Shown here piece by piece: positions 50,938 to 64,000 of a DNA stretch of 64,000 bases (position 1 is its first letter; every line of letters starts with the position of its first letter). This DNA comes from Oopsacas minuta. Taxonomy: Eukaryota > Animalia > Porifera. The notes below the pieces were generated by a model, which made no database searches, was not told the DNA's origin, and saw nothing but the letters and a program-made list of their open reading frames with translations. The translations under genes were made by a program, and so were the position numbers. Where the stretch lies: positions 294,452 through 358,451 of the forward strand of contig JAKMXF010000322.1 of NCBI GenBank assembly GCA_024704765.1, written 5' to 3'.

Positions 50938-53900
50938 ATGAGTTTTGATATTACAGATTATCCACAATTATCTCTTTACACTAAGGTTTGTGGAATGTTT
51001 AGAATGTGTGAATTTATAAATATTTATTTATTTCTGTTTTATATGTGTAAATATACAAAATTTATAATATTTTATACGAAAATAAACTCCAAAATTTCAG
51101 TTCTAATAATTATTTTACCAAATTTCGTATTCTCTAATTTCTGTGAATTTTATTCTAAAATTAGAACTTTTCATTATTTATCTATTTTCATTCCTGCTTA
51201 TCATACTTGTTACTTTATAGGGCACACGTATTTGGGTCCCATGTCCCCAGAAGGTGTGGCGAGAGGCTGAGGTTACTCAACAGCTGGAGGACACTCGCAC
51301 CCTCAAAATCCGACCTCTAAAAACTCTGGAGGTAAGTTTAAAATTTTGATCTTTAAGAAAGCTATAAAAGCTGTAATCTAATTGGATGAGCTATTTCTCA
51401 GTTGAATGAGATGAGCTATATTTCCTGACATTTGATTGGTTAATAATACAGCTGCTGGCTTTGTTCTTGCTTTTGTTTTGCTTCAAACTCTGATCTCAAT
51501 TGACCAATGAGATTTGTTATTTCAGATATTAAATCAAAGAGAAGCCCTGTATAGCAACCACGAGTATCTCTGGCATGTTTGCCAATTGTCATAATAACAT
51601 GTCTTTCCGTTTTCCATCTGTTTGGTTCATTTACCAGCTGTTAATCAGCAGATTATATCGTTTTAGGAGTACACACTCTGTATTTCAGATCGCTCACATT
51701 TTCCTCATTTGAAGAACCCAGCTGTCCTGTTGGGAGATAGTGACCTAACCTCTCTCTCCTATCTGCATGAACCAGCTGGTTAGTTTATATATTATCACAC
51801 CTCTGTCACGTATTATTTATATATTCTATTTATAGTGCTAGCTAGTCTAGAGATGAGATACGCATCTTATAATCTTATTTACACCTGGTGTGGTATCGTA
51901 CTGATAGCTATAAATCCATATCAAGATATCCCCTTATACGGACCAGAAATAGCTCGTGCATACTCCCAGCTGTACTCAGGGGACAGAATGGATCCTCATA
52001 TCTATGCGGTAGCAGAGGAGGCTAGACGGAAGATGTCACTAGGAGGACAGGATCAGAGTATTATAGTAACCGGGGAATCAGGAGCTGGTAAGACTATGTC
52101 AGCCTGTTTTGTAATGAAGTATTTTGCTGACGTCACAGCTCCCAGGGAGCAGGCCCTGGAGAAACGGGTCCTAGCATGTAACCCTATACTGGAGGTTAGT
52201 TACGATACTGTATTTATGGAATGTGATTATTTGTATATATTTAATTAGGCATTTGGTAACGCTAAGACTATCCGTAATGATAACTCCAGTAGGTTCGGTA
52301 AGTTCATTGAGCTCTGCTTTGATTCGTCAGCTGGATTATCCGGTGCTAATATAAGAACCTATCTCCTTGAGAAGACGCGGGTAGTTAGACAGAGCTCAGC
52401 TGAGAGGAACTATCACATATTCTATCAGATGTGTGCTGCTAGGACCAGCTGTCCTCTCTTGAAACCTCTACAGCTGTCTAACAGCTGTAACTATACATTC
52501 CTTACCGGGGGCGGTACCATGGCAACCAATATAGCCAGAGATGACTGTTCAGATTTCATGCATACCTTAGAGGCAATGGAAATGATGGGGTTGCCTAGTA
52601 ACCAAATAACTGAGGTATTCAGCCTATTAGCTGGCATCTTACACTTGGGAAATATAGAGATAAGCTCTACTGACGGAGAGGAAGCTCTCCTACAGGTGAC
52701 ATCTCGCCCCCTGATCTCCTGTGCCTCTCTATGGGGTGTCCCCCCAGCTGGTTTATCTAGAGGAATGTTACAGAGACAGATCGCTACCTCCAGAGATACC
52801 GTGACTAAATCTCTGACTCAGAGAGAGGCTATAAGATGTAGAAACGGATTTGCTAAGTTCCTATACGCCCAGCTGTTTCGCTGGTTAGTTTCAGTTCTTA
52901 ACACCTCTCTATGTCCCTCTGATCCTATCTCTAACTTCATTGGAGTCTTGGATATTTACGGATTTGAGAGTTTAGAGATTAATTCATTTGAACAGCTGTG
53001 TATTAACTATTCTAACGAGAAGTTACAGCTGTTATTCACTGAGCATGTATTCCGCCTGGAGCAGGAGGAATATTTGATGGAGGCTATACATTGGGAGTAC
53101 ATTCCATTCTCTGATAATGTTGCTACGTTACAACTCATTGAGTCACATCTAGGAGTACTGGATCTTTTGGATGAGACCTGTCAGGTTTGTTTATTGTTTG
53201 TTTACTTGTTTGTTTACTTGTTTACTTGTGTACTACAGATGCCCAGAGCTACAGACACCTGTTGGACCTATAAACTGTCCTCTTATCACAATAAGAATTC
53301 CAGATTCTTTCGTCCTAAGACCTCTATCCAATCATTTCGTATCCTCCATTACGCTGGGTGGGTGGAGTATCAATCAGCTGGTTTCCTAGATAAGAATACA
53401 GATCCTGTAGCTGTTGATCTGGTTAGTCTCCTTAGAAACAGCTCCTGCTCTTTGGTATGTGAGCTAGGGGACTGTCCTCAGCTGATGGGAACCTCTGGGG
53501 GTGCAAGAGGTCCCAAGCGATCCTCCTTCCGGTCCATTACAGTAGCCAATCAATTTCGGAGATCTTTAACAGAACTTGTTGATAAATTGAGGAGGACAAC
53601 ATCTCACTATATCCGCTGTATAAAGCCTAATGACTCTAAGGAGTCATTCAGGTTGGTTCCGTATTATAACACCTATTAGTTCCATATTATAATCAGCTGT
53701 TCCTTAGCTTCTCATCACGCCGTGTGGTAGGACAGCTGAGAGCTTGTGGGGTGTTGGAGACTGTTAGAATATCAGCTGATGGGTACCCATCAAGATTATC
53801 ATACTCTGATTTTTTTGCACGCTATTCTTTGTTAGTTCCAATTGGAACTATAGACAAAACTGAAGTTAAACAGACCAGTAGCTTATTACTAGCTAGTATA

Positions 53901-56900
53901 TTCAAGGTAATAATATACAGAGTATATAGTAACCATGGTAACATAAAGAATGTGTATAGGAGAGAGAGCAGTACCAGCTGGGTAGAAACAAGGTGTTCCT
54001 GAGGTCAGGCGCCATAGCTCTGCTAGAGAGGGAGAGGACCAGGAAACTTGAATCAGCTGTTGTAGCTATTCAGGCCTTGGCGAGGGGAATCTCTGTGCGG
54101 ACATCATTCCGCAGGGTTCGGAAGTTTGTCCTAACAACGCAATCAATGTCGCGTGGAATTCTATTCAGACGGTATGTTACTTGTATTAGAATTAATTCCT
54201 ATGGAAGTTAATGAAACTATTAATAGAGAATTGAAACTAAGAACTGATGTTATTGGAACTAAGTACAAATTATTGGATTATTACAGAGGTAGAGAGACTG
54301 ATAGACAAACATTCCTACATTCCTTAGTCAGTTTCCAGGCAACCAGCAGACGTATACTATTACATAGAGAGCTACATAGACAGAAGGTGTTAAAATCTGT
54401 TATTATTATACAGAAATATTTGAAAGGTTTTATGGTCAGAGAACAATTCTCAGTTCTTAGAAACGGCATTATTTTGTTACAAGCTTGCGTCAGACGCCGG
54501 ATAGCTCAGAGAATATTTAGAGATATGAAAGTAAATAACAACAGTTGTATATACATACATATGTGATTTATTGTTTGTTTGTTTGCTAGGCTAATAGACG
54601 TGTAAACAGGTGTGATAAAGGAGAGAAGAACTGGGGTCTTGAGAAGAAGATAATTCAACTACAGAGGAGATTATCGGTTAAGGAACAGGAAAATAGTTAT
54701 CTTAAAAACAAAAATGACAACAAACAGACCTATAAGGGAGGCAGGAATGGTCTAGAGAGGTCCTTTTCTGTCCGGTACGCTAGACCCCTGGTAGCTACTA
54801 GTGATATATCCTCTCTTAAGAATGATCTGGATTTGGAGAGGAAACAGAGAACTCTAGATTATAACCTTCACAGGCAGCAGGTGGAACAAGTATGTTATTC
54901 CTTAGTTATCGGGCTGTTAGATAGGTATTTAAGGAATGTATCTGTAGTTGCGATTGTCTCACAGGCAGGAGAGAGAGGATCTAAACAGACAGATCTATCA
55001 ACTGACTCAAGAATTAGAGAACTATAAATCAGCTGATGATAAACTCTCTGACAGTTCTATAGATTTTGAAATTGTGAATAAAGATTGTAACACCTACCAT
55101 CCTGCAGGTATATTAGTAATAGATTATCCTAGCAACGGTGATGGTACACTGGTATTTGTATAGATAAAAGACTTCCATCAGAAGTTATCCTTAGAGAATC
55201 TAGTCCATCAGGCCGCTCCTCCGGCGGAATAGAGTCTGGTATTGATGTATCATCTGTCACGTTAGATCCATGGGGCCGTGTGAGTTATTTTTAGAATTAT
55301 TTCTATATTTAGTAACACATTATTAATTAATTTCTCTACAGACACGCTCTGATTCTGATTGGTTAAGATTGAACGAATTGGAAATAGAGGGGACATGGTT
55401 ATGTAATCTTTTGGACAAGTTCTCTCCTAAACAGACTCGTCCCTTATCCGATCTCCTGAGTCTACTGCCTTCTGATCTCCTACCGCCTCCTGTGTCTCTA
55501 ATCGGTACCAAACACCTCACTTCTATCCTCCAACTGATCAGTGATCTTACAGAGCTGAGACATGAGCTGTCTCTGGCAGCTCCCCAGTCCTTAAGGAGAG
55601 ATAGCCTCCCGTCTAGATTCGTGAGCTCTCTCTCCTTCCCAGCTATACCTGAGGGTCTATCTGTTGGACACAAGAGGAAGGGTTCAGTAGACAGTACATC
55701 TCCTCACTCTAGGTATGTTATTGGATCTAACACCTATTTTTAGTGTTTATTATTAATATATTTAGGACAACAAGTCTACTAACGAGTAGCCTCACTAGTT
55801 CTATCCTGGGGGGGACAGCTGAGCCTGAGTTAGACTGTCTCCTCCAGCAAATTAATTCCCTCAAGCAAGCTAATCAGCTGATACACTCAGAATTAGAAGC
55901 AGACCACATAAATACATTAGAATTAATTAAACAGAAAGACAGCTGTATTCATAAGCTACAGCAGAAATTATCAGCTGTTAGGAGTATGAGTTATGGCGCG
56001 CGGACACCCATGGAAGCTAAGCTACAACAAGAAGTGTCCCGATTGACTCAGGAGAACATGGACGTTACCTCAGAGCTAGAGACCATCCAGGAAGATCTCA
56101 AAGCTATTTCTCTCTCCTCTCTCCCAATCTCTGATACTATGCCCTCCGTCTCTAAGCTCTCTGCTCCCCCAGTCAAGCGAGGACTCCTCCAGTGCCCCCG
56201 TGACCAAGAGCCCTTACTAATCAAGACCCTGATCCTAGAAATGAGGCCTAACAGGACAGCTGGCCTGGTTCCTGGTCTCCCTGCTCATCTGTTATTCCTG
56301 GCGCTTAGATCAGCTGATGAGCGACAGGACGAGAGACAAGTCGAAGCTATCCTATCTGGATCTGTCAAGGCCATCCGTCAGGTTATCCGTCACTCCAGAC
56401 AGGACTTACACCTCCTGGGGTTCTGGCTCTGTAACGTGTCTGTACTTATCGGAGATCTCAAGCAGTTCTCAGGGGAAGATGCTTATCAGGTGACTAACAA
56501 CGAATTGCAGAGAAAGGAATGTCTACAGAACTTTGATCTGACAGATTTCAGATATTTATTTAATGATTTATGTGTGGGTATATATCATGACGTCATCACT
56601 GCCATCCAAGAGAGAATACAGCACCTGATAGTCCCTGCTCTGCTAGAGCACCAGGCTATACCCACGGTAGCTATGTTCCGACCCTCTGGTGCTAATTCTG
56701 ACGGTAGGAGGTCCAGTGGACTCGGCAAGCATTCCTCTTCTATCCTGAGAGAGGAGATCACTATCCGGGATCTAGTAAGAGAGGTAAGCTATTGATTGGT
56801 TATCTAGTACATTCCATGATTGATTATTTGTTGCTATCCTAGTTATCTCTGATCTTGGAGGTGTTGGGAGATATGGGAGTATCCTCTTGTGCGATTAAAC

Positions 56901-57507
56901 AGCTGATGAGACAGATATTCTACTTCATTAACTCTGTAGCTCTCAATAATATACTTTTACGGAAAGATCTCTGTCACTGGTCTCGCGGGCTTAACGTAAG
57001 ATACAATATATCCCAGCTGGAGGACTGGGGTAGGACCCACGCACACCTGATAGACTCCAGAGGACTTGACGCCCTCCTGCCACTTACTCAGGCCGCTCAG
57101 CTGTTACAAATTAACAAAAAGGAGAGAGATGCTACTGAGAAGATATGTGGAGTATGTACTGAGCTATCTCCTCTACAGGTTAGTATATCTACAGATTATC
57201 ACACAATTCCTATTATTAATAATACCTCTATTAGATACAGAAGTTATTGACTATGTACACACCAGCTAATGAGTTTGAAGAGAGGGTACCTCCGGCTCTG
57301 ATCCGGTCTATCAGTCAGTACTTCAATATATCCGTCTCTAGCAAGTCTGGCGACCTTCCCTCTAGATCCAAACACATCCAGCCTCGACTCATGCAGGACA
57401 TCTCTCTTGTGTATCCTCCTACCTTCCCCTACTCCCCCTCCTCTCTCCTCCTGTCAGAGATGGAATTACCTCATTCCTGGGATCTAACTTTCCTCAAACA
57501 TATTTAA
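50938..57507 (+). CDS. MYO5: Unconventional myosin V, multi-exon
   Basis: LSLYTK|GTRIWVP; P-loop GESGAGKT; [16 protein letters not shown]; DIYGFE; IQ motifs; coiled coil; Dilute domain [14 protein letters not shown]...LTQAAQLLQ. Confidence 0.96.
53929..53942. promoter_or_regulatory. RFX X-box-like site GTAACCATGGTAAC in a MYO5 intron
   Basis: Matches the GTNRCC-N0-3-RGYAAC consensus; similar sites at 23662 and 52513; function not shown. Confidence 0.3.
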
Positions 57508-57901
57508 TTGAATTCATTCTTTTAATGCTTTTATTGGTTTGCTTTTGTGCTATTTTCTGTTATTTATTTCTGGATTTTGTCAATAATACATGAGATTTGT
57601 TTGTTTATTTATCTACAGAGGTGTTAGGTCAATAATTATAGATTTTGTACCAAATGGGTGTTGGTCACTTATAGGTGTTATTATTTTCACAACCAGTAAT
57701 TGAATTATAAGAGAGCTAATTCTGTTATATTTCTGATTATTCATTCCTAATGTATAAACTGGTTGTCATGTATTCCTAAGCCATAATCAGCTGATTATTC
57801 TAATTATAGAACTGTAAAAGATTAATGATTAATTTCTAAGTTTTCTGGCTAATTAGCTCGCCAATCAAATCACAGCTTTTGTGTCAGTGCTGAATCTCTA
57901 A

Positions 57902-59517
57902 ATGGATGCTTTGGGTAATCTATCTTTATGCATAATATCTATCAGCTGTTTGTTATTATTATTATGTTTACAGTAAACTCAGAAGCTAATGCTCGGAGAA
58001 TTAGAAGTGTTGAAGAATGCTTTGGGAATGGAGTAGTAAGTTATTTGTATTTATGAGTTATAATATTAGAAATTGTATTTGTTTATTTGTTTGTTTGTTT
58101 GTTTGTTTAGAAATTGGTGGATCCAGGTCGTGTGCTTGTGGGGGAGGGAGTACTTAACAAACAATGCAGGAAGAAACTTAAACCGAGACAAGTAAGACAA
58201 TACCTTTTTTATAGAGTTTGTTTATTTATTTGTTTATTTGTTAATTTTTATAGTTTTTCCTCTTCAACGACATTCTTGTTTACGGAAATATTGTAATACA
58301 CAGGAAGAAGGTATATATATATATATATATATATATAACGTATATACATTTATTTGTTGTTATTTACTTGTGTTCTATAGTACACAACTCAGCATATTAT
58401 TGCGCTACAAAACGTTAAGCTAGTGGAACTATTGGATGAAGACAGTAAGTTATAACTCTGTAATATGATGGGTTATTAATGTTACTATTTATAGAATTGC
58501 TGTATGGTTGGCATATCATTACTCCCAATAAATCATTTGCTGTACACGCAGCTAGCTTAACAGAGAAGAAAGAATGGATGGCTCATATACAAAAATGTAT
58601 CACTTCATTAGGAGCTCTAGATCCCAAAAATTTGGCCCCTGTTTGGATATCAGATGATTCCGCGCCTTTTTGTATGTTATGCACAAAAACTAAATTTACG
58701 TTTTTGACAAGAAGGGTGAGTATTTTAACCAATCAGATTTCAGTTTATCTTCTCGTAGCATCACTGTAGGAAATGTGGATCAGTTATTTGTGGGAACTGT
58801 TCTACCAAGAGGTACACACTTCCTGACCAATCAATGAAGCCCCTCAGGGTGTGTGATACCTGTTACCAGGGTCTCACTAATCCGGGTGCCCCACAGCCTC
58901 AAACGTGAGTTATTAACGAACCGCAATTATTCGTATATTTCCAATTTCTTATTTCTTTAATTGTATTCCTTATTTGCTCTGTGATGAATTATTACCTACA
59001 TTGATTGACTTTAAATGAGAATTATTTAATTCTGAGAGCTTTACTTGTTTGTTTGTTTATTAGTTTAGATTTCAAGTTCCGGGATAGAGCTGATTCTGAG
59101 GATGACAGTGATTTGTATAAAGTCCCTAAGAGTGTATTACCCGTCTTACACGACAAGGCGCCAGAAATTGAGGGAGCCACTGCTACTCCAAACATAGTAC
59201 ACATTCCTGACGAGGTATTTTCGTTGCTAAGTTCGTTATATCTTAGTATATATGTAACTAATTTAATTAGGCAACACCTGTAATTCCTGTGAAGACTAAA
59301 TCAAGTACTCACAAGCCTCCTCCGGTAGAGCAGGGAAACCCTCTGTCTCCCTGTGAACCTCGGTACGGGTCCTCTGATGATGAGGACGATGTAGATCATG
59401 ACGGAGCAGCTATTGAAACTGTGAGTTAATTAACCAATGGATTCGCAAGTTTATCAGGTTTTTTATATCTTTTAGGCGCCAACTTTCTACTCTGAGAGTT
59501 CTGAAGCAAAAGTGTGA
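57902..59517 (+). CDS. PLEKHF2: PH-FYVE protein phafin (PLEKHF1/2)
   Basis: VNSEANARRI...PGRVLVGEGVL...CRKKLKPRQFFLFNDILVYG; APVWISD...CMLC...RRHHCRKCGSVICGNCS; acidic tail. Confidence 0.93.
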
Positions 59518-59637
59518 ATATTTTGTAGAATAATGTGTGGATCTGTATAGAATTTATTTGTATTTATTTGTGTGTTTATATCTGTAATCACAAATATTAA
59601 TATTGATATTATCTCTCTGACTTTATTAACCAATCAA

Positions 59638-61060
59638 ATGTATTCTAAAGTTATGTTAGATACATTTGTGACGTCTTTAAAGGATCCTAATTGGGTCGCT
59701 AGGGTGCAGAGCTGGTTAGGTGTTTCATATGCAGAATCTGAGACTAATACTAACACCCTCCTATCCAATCAGATTGCAGAGTTCATAGGTGATACACAGG
59801 ACACTGACAGTCCCCCACCTCCTGAGCCCTATCACCGGTCTCCAAGTGAGGAGAGACTTCACGAGTTAGGACAGATTGACATATCTCGGCGGAAGGAACA
59901 GCTCTCACAGACCAGACGTCCTGTCCGTACTAACCCTATCCTACACGTATACTTTTCATTGGCTACTGAGCTCGGCTATGAACCTTTCTACATAACATTT
60001 ATTCCTTTCATCTTCTGGAGTTACGATCCGTATATAGGTTTGTTATGCTAATATGATTAACGTCTATTTACAGCTGATTATAGGTTACAGGATAACTGCT
60101 AATTGGGTGGTATCCATGTACGTGGGTCAGGCACTCAAGAACTACTGGCGTATACCTAGACCTGCTTGCCCCCCAGCTATTCCTCTGGAGTTGGAGACAG
60201 CTACAGAGTACGGAGCTCCCAGTACTCATGCTATCGTAGGAACAGGACTACCTTTCTATACATTATATCTAGTGTATAATAATTATGAGGTATGCGTTAA
60301 TTATTTGTTTATTTGTTTATTTGTTTATTTGTTTACTTCTACAGATATCATTCCTTCCTTCTCTATCCTTAGCTGTCCTCTGGTGTGTTTCCATATGTCT
60401 CTCCCGTGTGTACCTAGGTGTGCATTCCCTATGGGATATAGTTACCGGTATTTTAATTTCTGTCTCTATTCTCCTGCTGGTGGAGCCTGTACTTAATATT
60501 TGTGACCCTGTCCTATTCGAGAGACCCGGGTTCGTATTCGTTCTGCCCCTCTTACAGATTCTTCTAATCAAGATATACCCTAAGGTAGAATGGTGGTCTA
60601 TGGATCTGGGAGATACTACTGCTATCCTTGGATCTGGTAGTTCTATGATAATGGGCTGCTTCCTAAATACAAGTTATTATACATTCTTTCTGGGACATCT
60701 GGTTACTAAGGGGTGCTTAGGGTTTGCTGTTGGAACAATCACAATTGAGAAAATAGGTGACGAAAGTATTCAACTATTGATATAATTCATAAATTACATT
60801 TGTGTATTTTAGGATTATCAGTCCTGAGATCAGTCATTGGAATTCTTATTTTAATTCCGGTAAGATTCTCATCTAAGTTTCTGTTCTACCGAATTATCCC
60901 GCCTCTATTCGGGAACCATCTCCCCCTGGATCAGGTGACCAAGATTCCTCACTATGAGCTGCCCTACAAATACCTTACCTACAATCTTATCGGTCTTTGT
61001 ATTACCTTATTTGTACCAAAAGCCTTTATTCTGCTTGGAATTCCAAATATTTCTTTATAG
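59638..61060 (+). CDS. SGPP1: Sphingosine-1-phosphate phosphatase (PAP2 family)
   Basis: ELGYEPFYITFIPF; YVGQALK...PRP; EYGAPSTHA; SRVYLGVHSLWD; multiple TMs. Confidence 0.9.
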
Positions 61061-61167
61061 AATTATTTATTTTTAGCAACTTTTGTATATTTATTTGTAT
61101 TTTCTATAACTGTATTATTCTTTTTACACAAATTAACACTTCTCTACTCAGCTGATCATCAATTAGA

Positions 61168-62072
61168 ATGTCTAGGTAAGATAGTTGTCACCTTATTTTG
61201 TCCTGTTTGTTTATGAGTTATATTTAGAGACTTTGAGGAGAGCACAATTGTACAAGACCCTTATGAAGTTCTGGGAGTTCAAAGAACCGCCACTCAGGAT
61301 GAAATCAAGAAGGCATATAGGAAGGTAACTTGTTATTTGATGGGTCAATAACTCCTATTTATACTTTGGTCCTTTAGCTTGCTCTTAAGCAACATCCGGA
61401 CAAGAATCCTAACGATCCCCGAGCACCTGATAGGGTAAGTCATTAACCAATCAAATTACATTCTATGTTTTTTCTTTATTAACATTTTTAGTTTAAAAAG
61501 ACTAACAAAGCTTACAAAATATTATCTGAACCTTCCAAGAAGAGAATTTATGATAAATACGGACAAGCAGGCTTGAAGCTAGCTGAACAGTTTGGTGACG
61601 ATGTGAGTTATCTGTTTATTTATTTGTTTATTTATTTGTTTACTTATTCTAAATTTCTAGAACATAGAGACCTATCTAATGCTACAGAACCCTTGCTTCC
61701 AGGTATTCATTTAATATTGTTTGTTTATTTGTTTGTTTGTTTGTTTGTTTGTTTGTTTGTTTGTTTGTTTGTTTGTTTGTTTGTTTGTTTATTTGTTTAT
61801 TCTCCTAATTTGTTTAGTGCTTGTGTTGCTCCTGTATTTTCCTATCCTGTTTAGCAACATGTTGTTGTTGTTGTCTATGTTGCTGTTGTTGTTGTGGTAA
61901 ATTACTACCTGATGATGATTTCTCTGGAATACGCCCAGAAGATCTTGAAGATGATGATCCGGTCACGATCCAACCAGGTGTCCCTCCGCCTCCCTATGGG
62001 TCAGAAAGGGACCCCCTGATCACCACCCAGCCGGTGTTAGATCAGTCTGACTCAGACAAGCGTGCTATATAG
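61168..62072 (+). CDS. DNAJC5: Cysteine string protein (DnaJ)
   Basis: J domain DPYEVLG...IKKAYRK|LALKQHPDKNP; linker NIETYL; cysteine string CLATCCCCCLCCCCCCGK; PVTIQP tail. Confidence 0.93.
61725..61800. repeat. (GTTT)n intronic microsatellite
   Basis: Directly visible; one of more than 20 such tracts in the window. Confidence 0.9.
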
Positions 62073-62239
62073 TGAATATTCTGTGTATTATGCTCGGTTA
62101 TATTTTATTTATATTTTAGGCTAAACTGACTCAGTTTATTTCATTGTATTATTATTTGTGATAGGAACTCAATTCATTAATAAGTGCATTCCGTCGGTTG
62201 CTAGGATAATATTAACGAATCAGTGAGTAGTATATTAGC

Positions 62240-63408
62240 ATGGATTTGAATTCTTATTCTTGGTACTTCGGACTAATCAGTCGTAACACCTCAGAAAGTT
62301 TGTTAAAGATTCATAAAGCAGGAACCTATCTTATGAGGGACAGTAAGTCATGTCCTGGCGACTTTGTTCTGTCAGTCAGGTGCGTTATTGTTATTCTCAT
62401 TATCGTGTTGTTATTATTGTTGTTTATGATATATATTGTATAGTGAGAGCGGTAGAGTGAGTCACTATATCATAACTAAGCGAGATCAGTATCACATCGG
62501 TAATCAGGTGTTCTCAGATCTGTTATCAATTCTTGAGTTTTATAAGACTCACTATTTGGACACTACATATCTAACAGCAGTAGTGAGTACATCGTTATTC
62601 CTTTATATATTACATTTATGTGTTAATTCAATTAGTGTCCACGAGAACAGAATACTTTCACAGTTCACGCGGAACCGATCTCTCCATCTAATCCTCTCCT
62701 GTCCCAGCCCCCAGCAAGCGCCATGTCTACAGCTGTTCCTGCTCCAGCCCTATCCCAACCTCCGGTGGATACCAGGATGGTAATCAAAGCTCTGTACCCA
62801 TTCTCAAGTGTTAGTTCCTGTATATCATGATTATATGCTATTAATATTATTATTGTTTTATAGACGGATCCTGAAGATCTCTGTTTTAATAAAGGTGATA
62901 CCATGTACGTAATTAATAAGGATGAGGACCAATGGTGGACCGTACAGCACGAGAGCGGGAGGACAGGACAGGTTCCTGTACCATACATACAAGTGGTGAG
63001 TATAAGAACTAATTAACTTGAGAATATAATTCATTAATAGTTTATATGCTGTAGGTTTCTGGAGCAAGTAACTCCCAACCAGAACCCCAGCAACCAGAGG
63101 TAAGAAAGGAATGTTGTAATCAAATAGATTATTTATTATCTCATGTATGTGTATTGCATAGAATCGACCGGTGAAGGCACGAGCTACAAGAGACAGGATG
63201 GGATGTCCTTACGACCAGAAAGCTCTCTCATTCAAGGTTAGATTTCATTTGTGTATAATCAAATTATGTATATTTAATACCTTGAATGTAGATAGGTGAT
63301 GTAATACTTGTGACGAAGCGGGACGAATGCGGGGTATGGGAAGGAGAACTAAATGGCAAAAAAGGACATTTCCCTTTCAATCACGTGCAAGTAATGGATG
63401 AAGCCTAA
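62240..63408 (+). CDS. CRK: CRK/CRKL adaptor (SH2-SH3-SH3)
   Basis: SWYFG...YLMRDSKSCPGDFVLSV|SESGRVSHYII; KALYPFS...DPEDLCFNKGD...DQWW...GQVPVPYIQ; CPYDQKALSFK|IGD...GVWEGELNGKKGHFPFNHV. Confidence 0.93.
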
Positions 63409-63689
63409 TCTGAGATCTGACCAGTAGCCATCACTAGTTGGAGGGACAACTAGAATTGATTTTTAATCCTATGAATATATGTAACGTAAATGTATAGCCA
63501 ATTCATTAAAGCAGGATTGTCAATATCTTAAAGCTGTAAGGGATGTGAAGATAACTGATTAGGAATAGGAATGATCTAATCAAGTTAATGAATAATGTTA
63601 TAATTGTAATTTCTACAAAGATTAGCTATATTCTGAGCAGGGATGAGCAGCAAAGACATAAAAGGCGTCAAATTACATATACAAATGAG

Positions 63690-63925
63690 AGGAGCGATTA
63701 CAGGTTTTCACAGTTTCACCTCACTACAGACGATCAGTGTGCCAAGAAAGTGGAAATGCTGCTGATTTATTAGGGCACTATAATCATAGTAATTATAAGG
63801 GCATTTTCTTGGATTATGTAGCTCGCTTTGATCCAGGAGGGGGGAAGCTGACCATGAGGAGAGACTAAATGGATAGCAGTGAAGGATGGATTTTGGGATT
63901 GAAAGCTGGGTTATGGAGTGTCTTC
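63690..63925 (-). CDS. Possible terminal exon(s) of a minus-strand gene starting beyond the window
   Basis: Acceptor-like TAATACTAG at about 63927, followed by an open frame RHSITQLSIPKSILHCYPF...; no recognised domain. Confidence 0.25.
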
Positions 63926-64000
63926 CTAGTATTAGAGATAAATAGATAATGGATAATGTGTATGAATGTTGAATTATTGTTGCAGATAATGGATAATGTA

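Noticed and set aside
50938-51270. 110-aa ORF read as a separate membrane protein
   Set aside because: It is MYO5 exon 1 read through into an AT-rich intron.

Overview
This is AT-rich, very gene-dense eukaryotic DNA with roughly 25 protein genes, mostly short GT-AG introns and one 1000-N scaffold gap at 3280-4279. The gene set is metazoan. The compactness and NHL-repeat paralogs suggest an early-branching animal, possibly a glass sponge; this is inference, not verified. Recognisable genes in order: CUEDC1-like, a PX-3xSH3 NADPH-oxidase-organiser/Tks-like gene, PURA, ARHGAP39, ATP5F1E, an NHL-repeat gene, an ASPH-like hydroxylase, ZDHHC1/11-like, ZCCHC7-like, OTULIN, BET1, RPL15, a chimeric NHL pseudogene, an LRR gene, a C2-IPT-IPT-RBD Rab11-FIP, two ephrin/cupredoxin-like membrane proteins, LZIC, vinculin, ATXN7-like, myosin V, PLEKHF, SGPP, DNAJC5 and CRK. 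Main leads: (1) most start codons have an apparently unpaired YAG splice acceptor 0-8 nt upstream, and co-oriented genes are often only 87-240 bp apart, which points to spliced-leader trans-splicing with operon-like transcription; (2) transcription-factor-like motifs (CAGCTG, AGGTGTKA, TGACGTCA, X-box, E2F, TEAD, Fox) are strongly over-represented, even inside exons; (3) a Rab11-FIP carries Sec5-like IPT domains; (4) there is a tandem ephrin-like pair; (5) a vinculin intron holds a candidate NLS-bearing tail isoform, and another holds a foldback; (6) a 610-bp inverted duplication created an NHL chimera; (7) a 48-bp satellite is built from a miniature inverted-repeat element. No tRNA, rRNA or CRISPR array was found. 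Exon structures and counts were read by eye.
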